DNA of 63,980 nucleotides, filler included, from Dimargaris cristalligena (lineage: Eukaryota): NCBI GenBank assembly GCA_003614675.1. It is 4 parts of 4 records of this genome, joined end to end, with 100 filler letters (N's around TTAATTAATTAA, not from the genome) between each part and the next. Parts side by side here need not be neighbours in the genome. Positions count along the whole stretch, not along the records: positions 1 to 16,155 come from ML002858.1; positions 16,256 to 32,371 come from ML002859.1; 2 more parts are not named here. One strand, written 5' to 3'. This document shows positions 12,501-25,200 of this stretch, piece by piece. A model generated the notes under the pieces. That model was not told where the DNA came from and searched no databases. It worked only from the letters and a program-made list of their open reading frames with translations. The position numbers were made by a program, and so were the translations under genes. Within the stretch, counting starts at the first letter, position 1. Each line of letters begins with the position of its first letter.

Positions 12501-13948
12501 GGCCCTCAATTGGAATACTCGGGTCACCGCGAGTACCGCCACTTCACCCCACGGCAGTAACCGTTGGACCCCACGCCCGACTCCGCCGCTCGAGCCTATC
12601 CTTTATTTGCCAGCATTTGTGAAGTCGGTTTACCCAGTGGAAATCAGCGCTAGTCTAACCGACGCTGAGTGCCATGTGGTTGTTCTGATGTGGATTTTGG
12701 CCTGGCGACATCAACAGCACCAGGTGGTGGACGAGTTTCTCGCCTGGGCTAGTCAAGAAACCCTACTCACCCCGGTGAATGAGTCTAGTTTGGGGTATAT
12801 ATGGTAAGTGCCAGTCACATTTAACTGTTTCTATTGTAATGTCTTCCCCCGACGAAGAACACTGCGTGCACTGCCGTGAATGTGGGGGTAAATGGGGTTA
12901 AGTCAACCCCCACCCGTTCTCTCATGTTCGTTTTTACCATTGTGGACCGGTCTAAATATTGTTAGGGGTATATAGCTTCTAAACACCCAGAGTAGTATTT
13001 CCCTGTGTATGTTGTATATTATTCCTTCACTCATAAAAATATATTGTTATTTAAATACTTATAATATCTTTAAATGCCAGTTCCTTGACTCGAGTATTTA
13101 CCGCACTCTGCCGTCTCACCAACAGCATTGAGCGTGTTCGGGTGTTAGTCTACGATTTGTTCCGCTGCACTGCATCCCCTGAGGCCGTCATCACTATTCT
13201 CAGTAACGTGGTCACCGTTTGGCCCGATCCCCTAAGTTATCAATCCGAGTGGCCTGCAAATCCATCCGCCTACCTTCCCGAGGCATCCACGACCCCCACC
13301 CCTGCCGCCTCCAATTCGTCTTCCGCCGATTCGCAGCGGGAGCAACTTTTCCCCCATCTCGCCACCTTCCATTTTCTCGAAATGTGTCAAGCCATTGCGT
13401 CCCTGGCTTTCCATCGCCTCACCTGGGAAGAACAGCAGCTTCGGGCGGTGTTGGTGGACAGTGAGGGTCGGAATATCCTGTACGCCCGGCTAGTTCTCTA
13501 TTGCGGTTGGGATGGCCCATTCCAGGATGCCCCACCTACCGTGGCCGTGGTGGCGAAAAACGCCCGGAATAGTTTACACCGACTGTTGGAAATTCGGAGG
13601 GGCGCGGATGAAGAATGTGATCTTGATTCAACCTCGGCATTGGGTGACTTGAACCCAACGCACTCGCATCGTAAGTCTAACTGATTTGCTAACCCATACC
13701 TGTGATTATTGGAAGACTCGGAACTTTGACGCGCTAAGCCATATTTGATCATTCTTGGCTTAAGGCGGTACTGGCGGTAGTACCTCGATTTGATCAGTGA
13801 GTATAGCCAAACCTTTGCCACTCTTTCTACGTGGCCGTTTAATAGTGTCTAATCAATTTCCTTCTTTGGTTTGATAGCATATTATTTAGGTGACGAATAT
13901 CTTCTCAGAATGGTTTCACGAATAGGTGGGGTACCGCAAGTAATGTAA
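9571..13948 (+). CDS. Large protein with N-terminal coiled coil, low-complexity middle and an ICE1-like helical C-terminal domain. Exons 9571-11004, 11194-12028, 12293-12803, 13081-13670, about 13878-13948
   Basis: Four ORF-track ORFs (9571, 11269, 12433, 13085) join in frame through GTAAGT/GTGAGT...YAG introns. The first ~470 aa are Q/E/L heptad rich and an NLS-like KEKKKKNKK follows. The C-terminal domain has CSLTRVFTALCRLTNSIERVRVLVYDLF...VVTVWPDPL. The last exon is tentative and the family call rests on recalled similarity. Confidence 0.7.
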
Positions 13949-14449
13949 AGTCGAAAATCATACAGTGTTTTACTGCGTGGTATCACTCTGGAATAAAATT
14001 CAAGAGATATAGCTTTAATCAGCCATTGCGTTTCAGTGGTTTTGGTTAACTGGTGGCCTGTATTGTTGAGCCCAATACCTAGTTCCCATTTATATACATA
14101 TTATATATTCTCGGTTACCTTGCTATTATAATTATCCACTTATTATTGCCTGCACGGCTATTTATTAACTAATTTTCGATACATAATGGGAGGGGACCAG
14201 CAAGCTGGTCACAGGGATATGGTATAAAAGAGAAAACGAAATAAAAAAGGAAAAAAGAGAAAAGAGAACCCATGTGCAGCAAAGGGAGAGTGCAGGCATG
14301 GGGTAAGAGGTGAGGGTGGGAGATCCCCAATGAAAAAAGAGAAAAGAAAAGGGAAAGAGGGCAGTCTGCAAAGCCGACTGACCCTATATAGAACTATTAT
14401 CATTAGTCAATAAAGGTGGAGTCCCCTCTAAAGTAGGGACACTGTCTCA

Positions 14450-15900
14450 TTATTGCCTACTGTCCGGAGGAAGGACAGCAGGAAGTAGAAAGGCATAAAA
14501 AGTGACATCTTCAAGGGAATGGGTATATGAAGCATCTATATATTGTTGCATCAAACTTAATGATGCCCAGTTGCCCATTTTCATTATTTTTGCATCTGAG
14601 GCTCCCAGGGCATGGGCTGCTGAAGCAAAAGTCCGCCGGAGGACATGCAGTTTCAAGGATGCAATTGTACTATTAGACAAGCCAATTCTGATAAGGGTGT
14701 GATCTAGTGTTTTAGCCACAACCCCATGGCGAGTAGACTGCAGGGTTGCTGGCAGTGGCAGGTACCAAGCTGAAACTGATTGAGGAGGCCAGGAGTCTAA
14801 TTAACATCACAATAACTGACCACCACTGGAGGCATACACACTATTTTGGAGTACTTTGTCAGGGCTAGTCTGATGACTCTTAGGCTGTTGAAGTCTGATG
14901 GAGATGAGTGAGATATTGATACCAAATTGATCACTGGTTAATTTTGCTAAGGTATTGGCACATAGCCCAAATAGAAGCCCTAATGTGACCAGTGCAGCAT
15001 CTTGGAGAGTTTCGGGGGTATTAGATAGATCAGGTTCCCGGAAATATGCTGCAAACTGGGGTATAGGGATAAGCATTTGGGATGTGTCTAAATGGGGATG
15101 TTCTCAAAGTGATAATGCCGAGTATCCCTGAATCAACTGTGAAATCCAACCAGTGGTATCCAATTCATGTCCCAGGAGTCAGTTAATAGACATAAGGGCA
15201 GATGTCCAGGCCTGTATAGTACTAGGAGCCATATGGGCATCATATTGGAAAGCCATAAATAGACCTAAGGAATGGTCAGTAAGTGGGAAGGCTGGGGTTT
15301 CCATTAACTTGGTGAATCATAGACAAATGGCAAAATGCTGCACATAAGCCATCCAGGTATTCCCTGAAAATTGGGCAGTTAGGGGATCTAAGACTCATTC
15401 AGCCATGGCAGTCCTACAAGAGGAGGAACTTCCCAAGTTTTGGGTCCATTGTGTTTGGAGGAGGGACTGGAGTGCAAGCCCCCATCCACTCATATAACCA
15501 GCATGCTCCAGGCAGGGTTTTGGGCAGGTTCACAGCCAATCCCGAGTGGGGTCAGTGGTAGTGCCCAGATTTGATGAGGGGGAAGGATATGGGCTTGGAT
15601 GGCCATGCCCTTGAATATGGGCCACCAGGGTTGTGATCCCCAACATGGGACAATAAGGGTGGCAACTGCCTTTTCCCATTGAATCTTTGCTAATATGGGG
15701 CCAAATAGGCCAAATGGTGGATTTACAAAATCGTTTTCTGCCCTCCAATCTACCAAAAAGGCATCCACTTGCTCACAACCATCAGGGTCTAATGAGTTGT
15801 ACCTGGGGAGCTGGTGGTTCCAGGTGACAGTGTGGTGCCTACACCACATTACATTTTCTTTCTCCCTTTTTCTCTCCATTTCCATTTCATTGGCCATGTT
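14450..15900 (-). mobile_element. Degraded DIRS-like tyrosine-recombinase retrotransposon (adenine methyltransferase-like domain followed by YR integrase)
   Basis: ORF 15490-15897 has DAFLVDW...FVNPPF...ILAKI...ATLIVPCW.SQPWWP, the DIRS1 Dam-like MT domain. ORF 14807-15076 has DAALVTLGLLFGLC..TL (YR box I, Arg lost). ORF 14450-14719 has LHVLRRTFASAAHALGASDAKIMKMGNWAS...QQYI (HxxR, W and Y catalytic motifs). The frame is broken by stops and frameshifts, and no RT/RNase H is visible. Confidence 0.85.
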
Positions 15901-16052
15901 TTACAGAACCAAATGCCACCAGCCCATTGATTGGTTTTTCCTCCTCACTGGCTAGGTTTCACATAACCATATGCCACCAGCTCCCTGAGTGGTTCGTACA
16001 TGTCACTGGCGATGTTTCACATAACTACCAGCCCACCATCCTATCAATTGGT
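15896..16052. repeat. Three imperfect tandem copies of a unit of about 58 bp
   Basis: tgttttacagaaccaaatgccaccagccc (~15897), gtttcacataaccatatgccaccagctcc (~15957), tgtttcacataactaccagcccaccatcc (~16013). Confidence 0.6.
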
Positions 16053-16155
16053 CCCCCTGTTTAGGCTAAGCCTTTCCATGTGCCAAGTCTAGTCTGATTG
16101 GTTTATAGTTCTATCACATGCATAAGTTCTCATGTTGATGACTAATCTATCATTT

Positions 16156-16255
16156 NNNNNNNNNNNNNNNNNNNNNNNNNNNNNNNNNNNNNNNNNNNNT
16201 TAATTAATTAANNNNNNNNNNNNNNNNNNNNNNNNNNNNNNNNNNNNNNNNNNNN
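16156..16255. other. Assembly gap linker N44-TTAATTAATTAA-N44
   Basis: Identical 100-nt construct occurs three times. The 12-mer places stops in all six frames. Confidence 0.97.
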
Positions 16256-19200
16256 AGGGGGGTGAGAGCCATGAGTCAATGGCCTGGAACTCGACATTAG
16301 GGAGGGCCTGTCGAATGGAATCAAGTTGGATGTGGTCAGCTGTATTGGTTAATAGTAACTGAATACCACCGTCATCCACCATATATTGGATACGGTCAGT
16401 GGGGAAGGCTGGGTCAATCGGGACAATAACTGCGCCGGCCAAACCAACACCCATATAGGCGACAATGGTGCTGGGAGCCCGGTCGACAATTAGACCAACG
16501 GGCGTTCCCCGTTCGATCCCCCGAAGCAGTAAGCGGTGGGCCAGGTTCACGGACCGGGAGTGCAGATCCGCATAGGACCACTGTAAGTTGCTAAACTCGA
16601 CTGCGATTGTGCCAGGGGCTGAATGGGCCGTTCGGGTGAATAGTTCGGGTACACAGGCCTCAAAATCAATTGCTATATGAGGGCGGGCAAGCTGCTCAGT
16701 GATCAGAGCCGTCTCACTTGTTGAAAGCATTGGAAGGTCCTTGGTGAAAACCTGCCCATCTGAATTAGCCAAGGCAGAGACCAAACCAGAGAATAGTGTG
16801 ATTAGGTGGTGCGACAAAGTCTCAATATAGCGCTGGTCAAATTCGGACGCACTCCAGTTCAAGTTCACGGCGAGTTGGCCGTGTTCAACCTGGGCAATGA
16901 CAGTTAGAGGGTAGTCCGAAGACCTAAGAACACGAGGCTCCGTGAACGTAACCGAATACTCTAGACTCTCCAAGTCGGTGTCGGGGAGATTTTCATAAAC
17001 CACCAATGTGTTGAACATATCACTCGGGCGAACCTCGCCGTCAACCCACTCATTGATCTTGGATAAATGTAGGTGTTCAAAGGGGACCATTTGTTGGGAG
17101 CATTGGTGAATCACTGTCATTAGTTCGCTCACCGTCATTTCAGATTTCAGTGAGACCCGGAAAGGCACGGTATTGATAAAGCAGCCCAGGAGGGACTCAA
17201 TGCCAGAGAGAGATAGGGCCCGTCCTGAAACGGTGTTACCAAATACCACATCGGACTGATCGGTGTATCGGCTTAGTAAGAGGGACCAGGCAGCCTTGAT
17301 GAGGGTGTACGGCGTAACATTCGCTTGGCGGGTCACTTGGTGCAATTGACGGGCGTCGGGATATAATGTAAACCATAAATCAACCTTGCAAGAGTCAGAT
17401 GTGTTAGGTGGCCTTGGCAAGGACAGCTCGGTGAGTTGTTCCACATCCCGCATATACTCTTGCCAGAACCGCTCAGCTTATGTTTTATCTGAATTTTGAA
17501 TATAGGACACATAGTCATGGAACGAAGCGGACAAGCTGGGGTTTTGCCCGACGTTTCCTTGCAGATGGGAGCGGAGCTGGTTTAACAGAATGCCGATTGA
17601 CCATCCGTCAATGAGGGCATGGTGAATAGTTAGTAGATAGCGGAACGAGTTGGGGGCCAACCGCTTAACGTATATGCGTAGGAGTGACTCATTCGGTTTG
17701 AATCCATTTTCTAGATTCACCTGTAAGAAATCTTCTTCGCTGGAAGCACCGACATCTGACCATTCATTTACGAAATACCAGCCAAACCGGGGTTCTCGGG
17801 TAACTACTTGGACACCCTGGCAGTAGCCGTTACTCCAAGAGGTCACAAACACAGTTCGTAGAATGGCATGGTGACCGACGACAGCCCGAGTAGCAGTTTG
17901 GAGCTGGTCGGAGCCCGATACACCATTCACAGTGAAGGCCAATTGAACCAAGTATTCGGCGGGGTCCTTGGCCGTGGCCGTCCACATGCCCTGCTGCATG
18001 GGCAACATGGGGTAGAGATCCTCCACATCGTGCGCGGTAAGACCAACAGTAGCAAGCTCGGTCTCGAGTGCGGCCAGTTCAGGAATAGTGGTGTTCAGAT
18101 TGGGGAAATCTGACGGGGTCCAGAGAGATGGATACTGCGACAGATCGAGATACTGCACGATATCCTTCAGAGCCTGTCGAACACAATCCAATAGAGATTC
18201 GATAGTGCTTGTTGGGATGACCTGGGGACAGTAATAAACCATGAACGTTAATCCACCGGGAGTTGGTGATCCGACCACCTCCAGTATCTGTGGACGAAGT
18301 TCGGACAGGTCACAGCTGGCCAAGTTGGCCGTCAATTCTGGGCGAAGAGTCCAGTGATACTGGCCATGTTTCATTAAAGCTTCATCCCTTACTGTGGGGT
18401 CCAAGTAGTTGAAGCAGACGCCCAGCGGTGAGTAGGGCCGCTCATTAGAAGACATGCTCTGTGGGTGGCTGGATAGTTGGTAAAGCCCATGCTGTAGCCC
18501 TTGGGGGCCGCTCGACGAGCGAAGGGCCTGTTTGGCTTGTTTAAGGAAATCTAAAATCGCAGTATTAGCATCTACCTGGATCTGGCAGGGGACCATAGAA
18601 GTGAACCAGCCGACGGTGCGACTAGGGTCGAGACTGGGTTGCCACGGATAACGACCGTGTGATTCGTTGAAGACGGTGATGGATGGGCCCTGCGAAATAG
18701 AGTGGAGGGCCTGGAACAAACCAGCAAGCATCAGCTCTAGAGGCTGGACATAAGTAGTATCGGGCTTTAGAATGGCGCTTGACAAGGCAGTATCGAGGAT
18801 GATTGATTGGCACTGGGTGTTCGCCTGGGTGTTCAAAGTTAGGCAGTCTGATCCAGTGAGTTGTAAAAAAGACGCCCTTGGACGCACTTGCGGATAGATC
18901 AGGTTGCCGCTGGAAACGGAATGTTTGGCTTTGTCAACCAACTCTGTTGCCCATTTAGAAAATTTCAAGGGCTGTGGGATTGGTGACTGCCCATTTAGAA
19001 TTCGAGCCAAGTCCTCGAGTAAAACTGACCAGGATACCAAATCCACCACCAGATGGTGGATGGTCAGGAATAGCAGTTTCCTATTAATTGGTCGAGATGC
19101 ATTTGTCAGGTGTGAAGTATCAGGTGTTGGTGTGTTACCATTATCATCCAAAAGAGTAATCAGGCCCGCAGCCAAGTGATGGCCTTGGTTTATGTCAAGT

Positions 19201-22200
19201 GATGACTGAATGGTTAGAAGCTGTTGAGACAGGTCAGAGACTGATGTACTAAGTTCCGCTACCGGAATAGGCAGCCCGGCAAAAGGTGGAAGAATTTGCT
19301 GGGACCATTGGTCTGAATGGCCAGTCGGCTCCTGGGTGAATTGGCAGCGTAACATGTCGTGGGCATTAATCAGTCGGAGCAAGGCAGGGATGAGTTCAGT
19401 GACGGCTAATGGCCGGGTCAGTTCCAGGGCAAACGACTGGTTGAAATGGCTTGGGTTGGACCACGGGTGGTCAAAGAACCCCTGCTGGATCGGGGTGAGT
19501 GAGAATTCTTTACAATATTCCACGGGATGGAATTGGCTGGGTTTTTCACTTGCCGACGAAATTAGGGACATTTTCTTAATGACATCGCGTAAGGGCCCGG
19601 ATCCCAGTAGAGCGGAGGTGGGCAAAGTAAAACCGAGTTGGCGACACTTGGACGAGACTTGGATGGCCAAGATGGAGTCACCCCCAATCTTCACAAATGA
19701 CAAGTCCGGATTGATCTGGTTGAGTGGAAGACCAAGCGTCTCCCCCAGGGACTGCATCAATATGCTTAGTGGCTGACCCTCTTCAGACAAACTGTCTAAT
19801 AGTGAGGATCGTTGCCGTTGGGTAGCTAAATGGTCAGCAAAGTGATTCTGGAGAAACTGGGTATCACATTTGCCATTGTTTGTAAGAGGAACATTTGGAA
19901 GACCTAGGATATAGCTGGGCACCATATAGGACGGTAACTGGTCGGCAACGGAAGCACGCAGTACATCCTCGCTGGCGGTAGAATCCGAGAACACGTAGCC
20001 AACTAGGAACTGGTCGTGGACAAAAACGGCACAGTCTTGGACCCCAGTCTGGCGCATCAGGACACTGCGAATTTCATCCAGCTCGATACGGAACCCCCGC
20101 AGTTTCACCTGACTGTCCATGCGCCCCAAGCACACGACCTGTCCGTTGGGTAGCCAGCGTCCCAGATCACCGGTCCGGTAGACTTTTCCTTGTCCTGTGA
20201 ATGAATTATCGGCGAATTTGGTCAGATTAAGGTCCAGTCGGTTGATGTAGCCGAGGGCAACACCGACACCACCAATGCAAATCTCACCGACGGCACCAAT
20301 CGGAACCAAACGCAGGTTTTCATCCAAAATGTAACACTCGTAGTCGGCCATTGGTCGGCCGATTGGAACACAGCCAGAGGGCGGAACTTCAGTCATAAGG
20401 CAGGCAATGGTGGCTTCAGTCGGCCCGTATACATTATAAAAATTGGTCACTGCTGACCATTGATTTGCCAATTCCCGGGGTAAATGCTCGCCGCCAACCA
20501 GCAAGCTGTTCAGGTTGGTATAGTCCTGGGGATTCAGGGTAGAGATGATGGACGGAAGCAGAATAGTCTGTTGTACTGTTTTCAGTGTTCCCGGAAGATC
20601 GTCGCCGTAGAAGACCAAGGTAGAGCCGTAGCATAAGGGAAGCAAGGTGTTCAAGAAAAAGACGTCAAACCCAGCTGCCATGCCGTTCATGGTTCGGGTA
20701 CCGGGCTGCTGCAGCATCTCGAGTGTAGGGCTGGTAAGCATATTCAAAAGACTGCGATGTTCGACCATAACGCCCTTGGGAAGACCGGTGGAGCCCGAAG
20801 TGAAGACAATGTAGGCCAGGTCTGTTGGTTGATTGGGGTGGAGGGAGGCTATGTTAGTGGTCAACTCGACAACATTGGCAAGGTCGTCAATGGTGATGAC
20901 CTCGCACCACTCTGAGTCCACTCTTGATGCATTCACCACACATGTGCACCCTGCCGTGTCGACAATGTACTTTTGACGGGCAGTTGGGAGCTTGTGATCC
21001 ACCGGTACATAGACGGCTCCAACACTCCAAACGGCCAGCATGCACATAACCGCATCTGGGTGATTGGCCACAATAACGCCGACCTTGTCGCGTGGCTGCA
21101 CCATAGCACGTTGGAGACGCTCGACCAGTCCAAAAACGCGCTGGGAGAGTTGGGCGTAGGTGTAGGTACCTTTGGCAATTTCAGTGGCCACTCGATCGGG
21201 GTACTTTTGAACCATACCAAGGAATAAGTCCAGGACATTTAGGCAGGGACTATCCCGTGTAACCGAATTAGGAGGCCCGAGTGCGAACTTGTCCAGGATG
21301 AGGCTAGCCTCAGTTGGACATACCAGTGATGCCGTGGACCACGGCTGGTGGGCGACCACTACCGAATGAGCATAGGCCAGGAAATTTTGAAGTAACCGGT
21401 TCGCCGTGTCAACGTTGAAGAGGCTCTGATTGAACCTTAACTGGCACACAGGTGTACGGCTATGACAATCAACGACTAATTGTATATCGTAAGGGAACAT
21501 CGTTCGAGGAGACTGGGACCTGACACAGTGAACTATAGTAGACTTGTTCTCGGGACCAATTGGATGGTCGAATGCAACGGATGTACGAGATAAGCCGGAA
21601 ATTCTATGCTGGCCTTCGAGAGACAAGTGGGGGGCAAGAATGTCCATTGAAGGTAAAACGTGGAGTCGGGAGTCTACGATCTGGTGGGTCAGTTGCCTGA
21701 CTACTTCGGGGAAGTCTAATGCCATATTTCCCTTCACTCGAAGAGGTCGTTCCAGTGACGACAAGGTGTCCTTGTCCACCGAAGTGTCGCCATTCTCGGA
21801 AGCCGGGGTAACGATGTCCATAATCAAATCAGTTTGCCCCGTCAGGCGCAACAAAAATGTTGCAAATAGAGAAGACCAGATCCCATATCCCATAACCGAC
21901 TCTTTCGAAGCTTGTGTCTGAATAGTTTCAAACAATCGTTGCTCAATTTTGGTTTCGGCCAAGCTACAAAGGAAAGAGGGAAAAAGGGGGCGAGGTCGGT
22001 CAGTCAGAACAGCCAGTTCAGCCGGTGGGTTCTGAAGAAGAGTGCACCAGTAGTCGAGGTCTACTTCAAATGGCTCATTAGATTTACCAGCCCTCGTGAG
22101 TTTTTTATCGGGTAGATTGGACGGTTGCCCAACCAATTGATTAGTGAGGGCACGTACGATTTCATCAAACTCACTAGTGGACCCAAAGATTTCGTGGACA

Positions 22201-25200
22201 CGGATTACAATTGCCGAATAACTACTGCCAGTTGTTGCAACCGGTAGCTGGTACAAGTCGAATCGGACCAGCACACCTTGATTCAAATCAAATTGAGGCG
22301 CATCCACATTGAACTGGTCGCCATCGAATACTTGAGAGCTGGGAAGCTGGCGCTCAAGCACTTCAGTTCGCACTTGTGGTAGAACGTGGCAGGTGAGAGC
22401 ACCTCGAACGGATATAAACCGGCAACGAAGGGATTCAAATACGGTAGCTAGGCGGTCTATAGCTCGCTGGACCTCCTCCAATTGAAGTGAGGCCTCGGAA
22501 GTAATCGTACAATGATGATAGAAGGCGAATGGCGGACTTTCCAATCGGCTGAGGGACCAGACTCGCTGTTGATGAATAGTGACAGGCATTGTACGAGTAT
22601 ACAGAGGCGACATATCCAAAGAGGTGATGTCGTTATCTTCGACGGTGGAATCGGGGGACTGCTCGTTCGTGCCTTGTTTGACAATGCTCTGGATGATGGG
22701 GGCCAAAGTACGAATCTCAGTGTGTTTAGCCAATTCACCCAAACCGACGGCAATACCGAATTTCTGGAAAATGCGATACTGAAGTAGGTCTAGTTGGGCC
22801 AAAGGAATCCTTGATGTAGACATTAGAGGCACGGTATCAATAGTTACGGCCGAATAATGATTGGAGGATGCGTATATCTCATTCACCACTACCATCAACC
22901 ACCATTCATATTCTGATAAGGATTGTGTTGAACGAGTTGGAAGCGTGGCTAGATAAGCTTGGGCAAAGTGCGGGAGAAGTTGGTCGTCAAGTTCAATCAC
23001 GTGCGGGAATGCGCTGGTCGAGATGATCACATCGGGCATGAGAGTGGCTGGAATGCCGGGTGGGGTCATGGTAGTTTTTAGCCCAATCAAGTCCGCTTCA
23101 GTAGAATTGGAAACCAGAACCACCAGCCGGTCATCAGATAAGACGAGACAGCGTGGTGATTGGGCACCGGCTTTAGTTAATGCCTGAACCAGAGTGCCGA
23201 GATGGATCTGTCGGTCATTAATGACCACTTTCTGGCTGGCCGGGCCCAGAATATGGACAACATCAGCAGTATCGCGATAACCAAGTAAGGGCTGCTTGGG
23301 AGAAGTCTTGTAATCTGGAAATGAAGAGACTAAGAATGTCAGTCTACCAACTACACCAGGGAGACAGGGCTTGCCATCTCTACCCAGCACTTCCAAAGCG
23401 TAGCCATCGTTGGGTGGTTTGTCTATAGAAGGAAGTAAGCAGGAAGCCAGTTGCTCTAGGGTGATACGCCGATGGCCATGAAAAATAGATCCAATAAAAG
23501 CTAGACAGGTGTCGGTTGATTTGGCCAAATCTTCAACATGGGGCCAAGTGTCCTCAGCTAAGTCATAAAGAACTAGACAGTCCCCTACAACCGAACCACG
23601 TGTTGGAGAATCGATGGCCACTGCATAACAATGCGAAGACTTGCCATTCTCATGCATTGGTGAATCAGGAGTCGTTATAGTCACTTGTGAGGTTAGGCAT
23701 AACAGAGTAAGCCATATGGCCTGTGGGCTGTCCAGGGGCAAGGACTCGTCCAAGATATACCACCTCTTGCTATCGATGAAGGTCCGGGTTGATGCAAGGG
23801 TGTGTTGGATGTATGAACTATCAACGTTTGATACCACTGGATTAGCCGAATTATGGCGGGATGAAAACACCAAGGAGGGATCTTGTAGGTCCACCGGTTG
23901 CTTGAATCGACGAGTGACTTGGGTTTCGTTAATTATCTGATCAATCAAGTCTGGTATACCAACCATGGCAGTATCACAATTCAGATAAGGGCGTACATTC
24001 TCAGTGTCAGTGTATGGTAGCCACACGATCTGCGCATCAACGGCCTTGGAACACACCGCCAATTGCTCAACAGTATAGGGTGATGCCAGAGGTACCAATC
24101 GGATACCCATCTTGATCGCACTCACTAGGCAGATCAGCAGATGTTCAACCCTTTCTACTACGGCCACGACGGTTGGATGGGGGGATAAGACCGACTGGCT
24201 GGATAGACCAGCGAGGGAATCAGACAACTGGTCGAGCTGACCATATGATAGAGTGTGGTCTTTTGATACTAGAGCTGGGTGATCAGAAAAATCTAGGAAG
24301 GTGCTCGCCAAACATTGATTTAACGATCGAGGTACTGGGCCAATCGCGGCGCTTCTCGATTCTCGGCCAGTGTGGATGTGGTGATTCAGCGGTAGGTGTG
24401 TGAGTGCGAGCTGGTCTATATGCCTACTAATATCCGCCTCAAGAATCTGCGTGAGAACAAGATGAATCATATCAACTACTTGAATGGCAGATTTTTCCGA
24501 ATAGATGGACGTGTCGTAAAGTAATTTAACCTTAACATACTCGGTGCCATCGATAAAGTCAATGGCCAAAGGGTATTCTGTAAACTCGTGTACGCTTAGG
24601 GCAGATAAAACTAAACTATGTGCTGGATTGACTACAAGAGCAGGGAAATTTTCGAATCCCAGAATGGCTTGGAAAAGGGGACCAGATCGGCCCGCTGAAG
24701 CCCACTTGCTAATGTCCGTTAACAACGAATGTTCGAACGGGACCATGGCCATCTGGCCCTGGTGGAGGGCCTGTAGCCAATCAACAATTAAACAATGGCC
24801 CATGCGCACCCGCAAAGGCAAAGTATTCGTACAGGGACCAATCGTTCGGTCAATTCCAGGAAGGCCTAGGTTGCGTCCGGATAGTGTCACGCCGAACACT
24901 ACTTCATCTTGGTCGAGCAGATGACCCAGAACCAAGGCAAAAGCGGCCCGGAACAGAGTAGCTAGAGTAACCCCGAATTTTTGCGAGCAATGAGTTAACT
25001 GTTCCCTTGCAATACGGACGTTCGTAAAATAAGCGGCTGATCCGGGCAATCCGATGTAGCCGGGATATAGTAGAGGCGCGGGTGTGCTTGGTGCGCCTTT
25101 TAGATAGTCTATCCAGAAGGCCTGGGTCATATCCGAATCGAGCAGACGTACATGATGGACAATTGAGGTGAAGGATGCCGATGGATTCGAAATAAGCAGA

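Noticed and set aside
16200-16211. Thrice-repeated TTAATTAATTAA motif as a biological element, and the ORF-track NRPS ending 'LIN-stop'
   Set aside because: The motif is always centred in N44...N44, so it is an artificial gap linker. The NRPS is truncated by the gap, not terminated.
14450-16400. DIRS insertion disrupting the NRPS 3' end
   Set aside because: A gap of unknown true size separates them and no junction sequence is visible.
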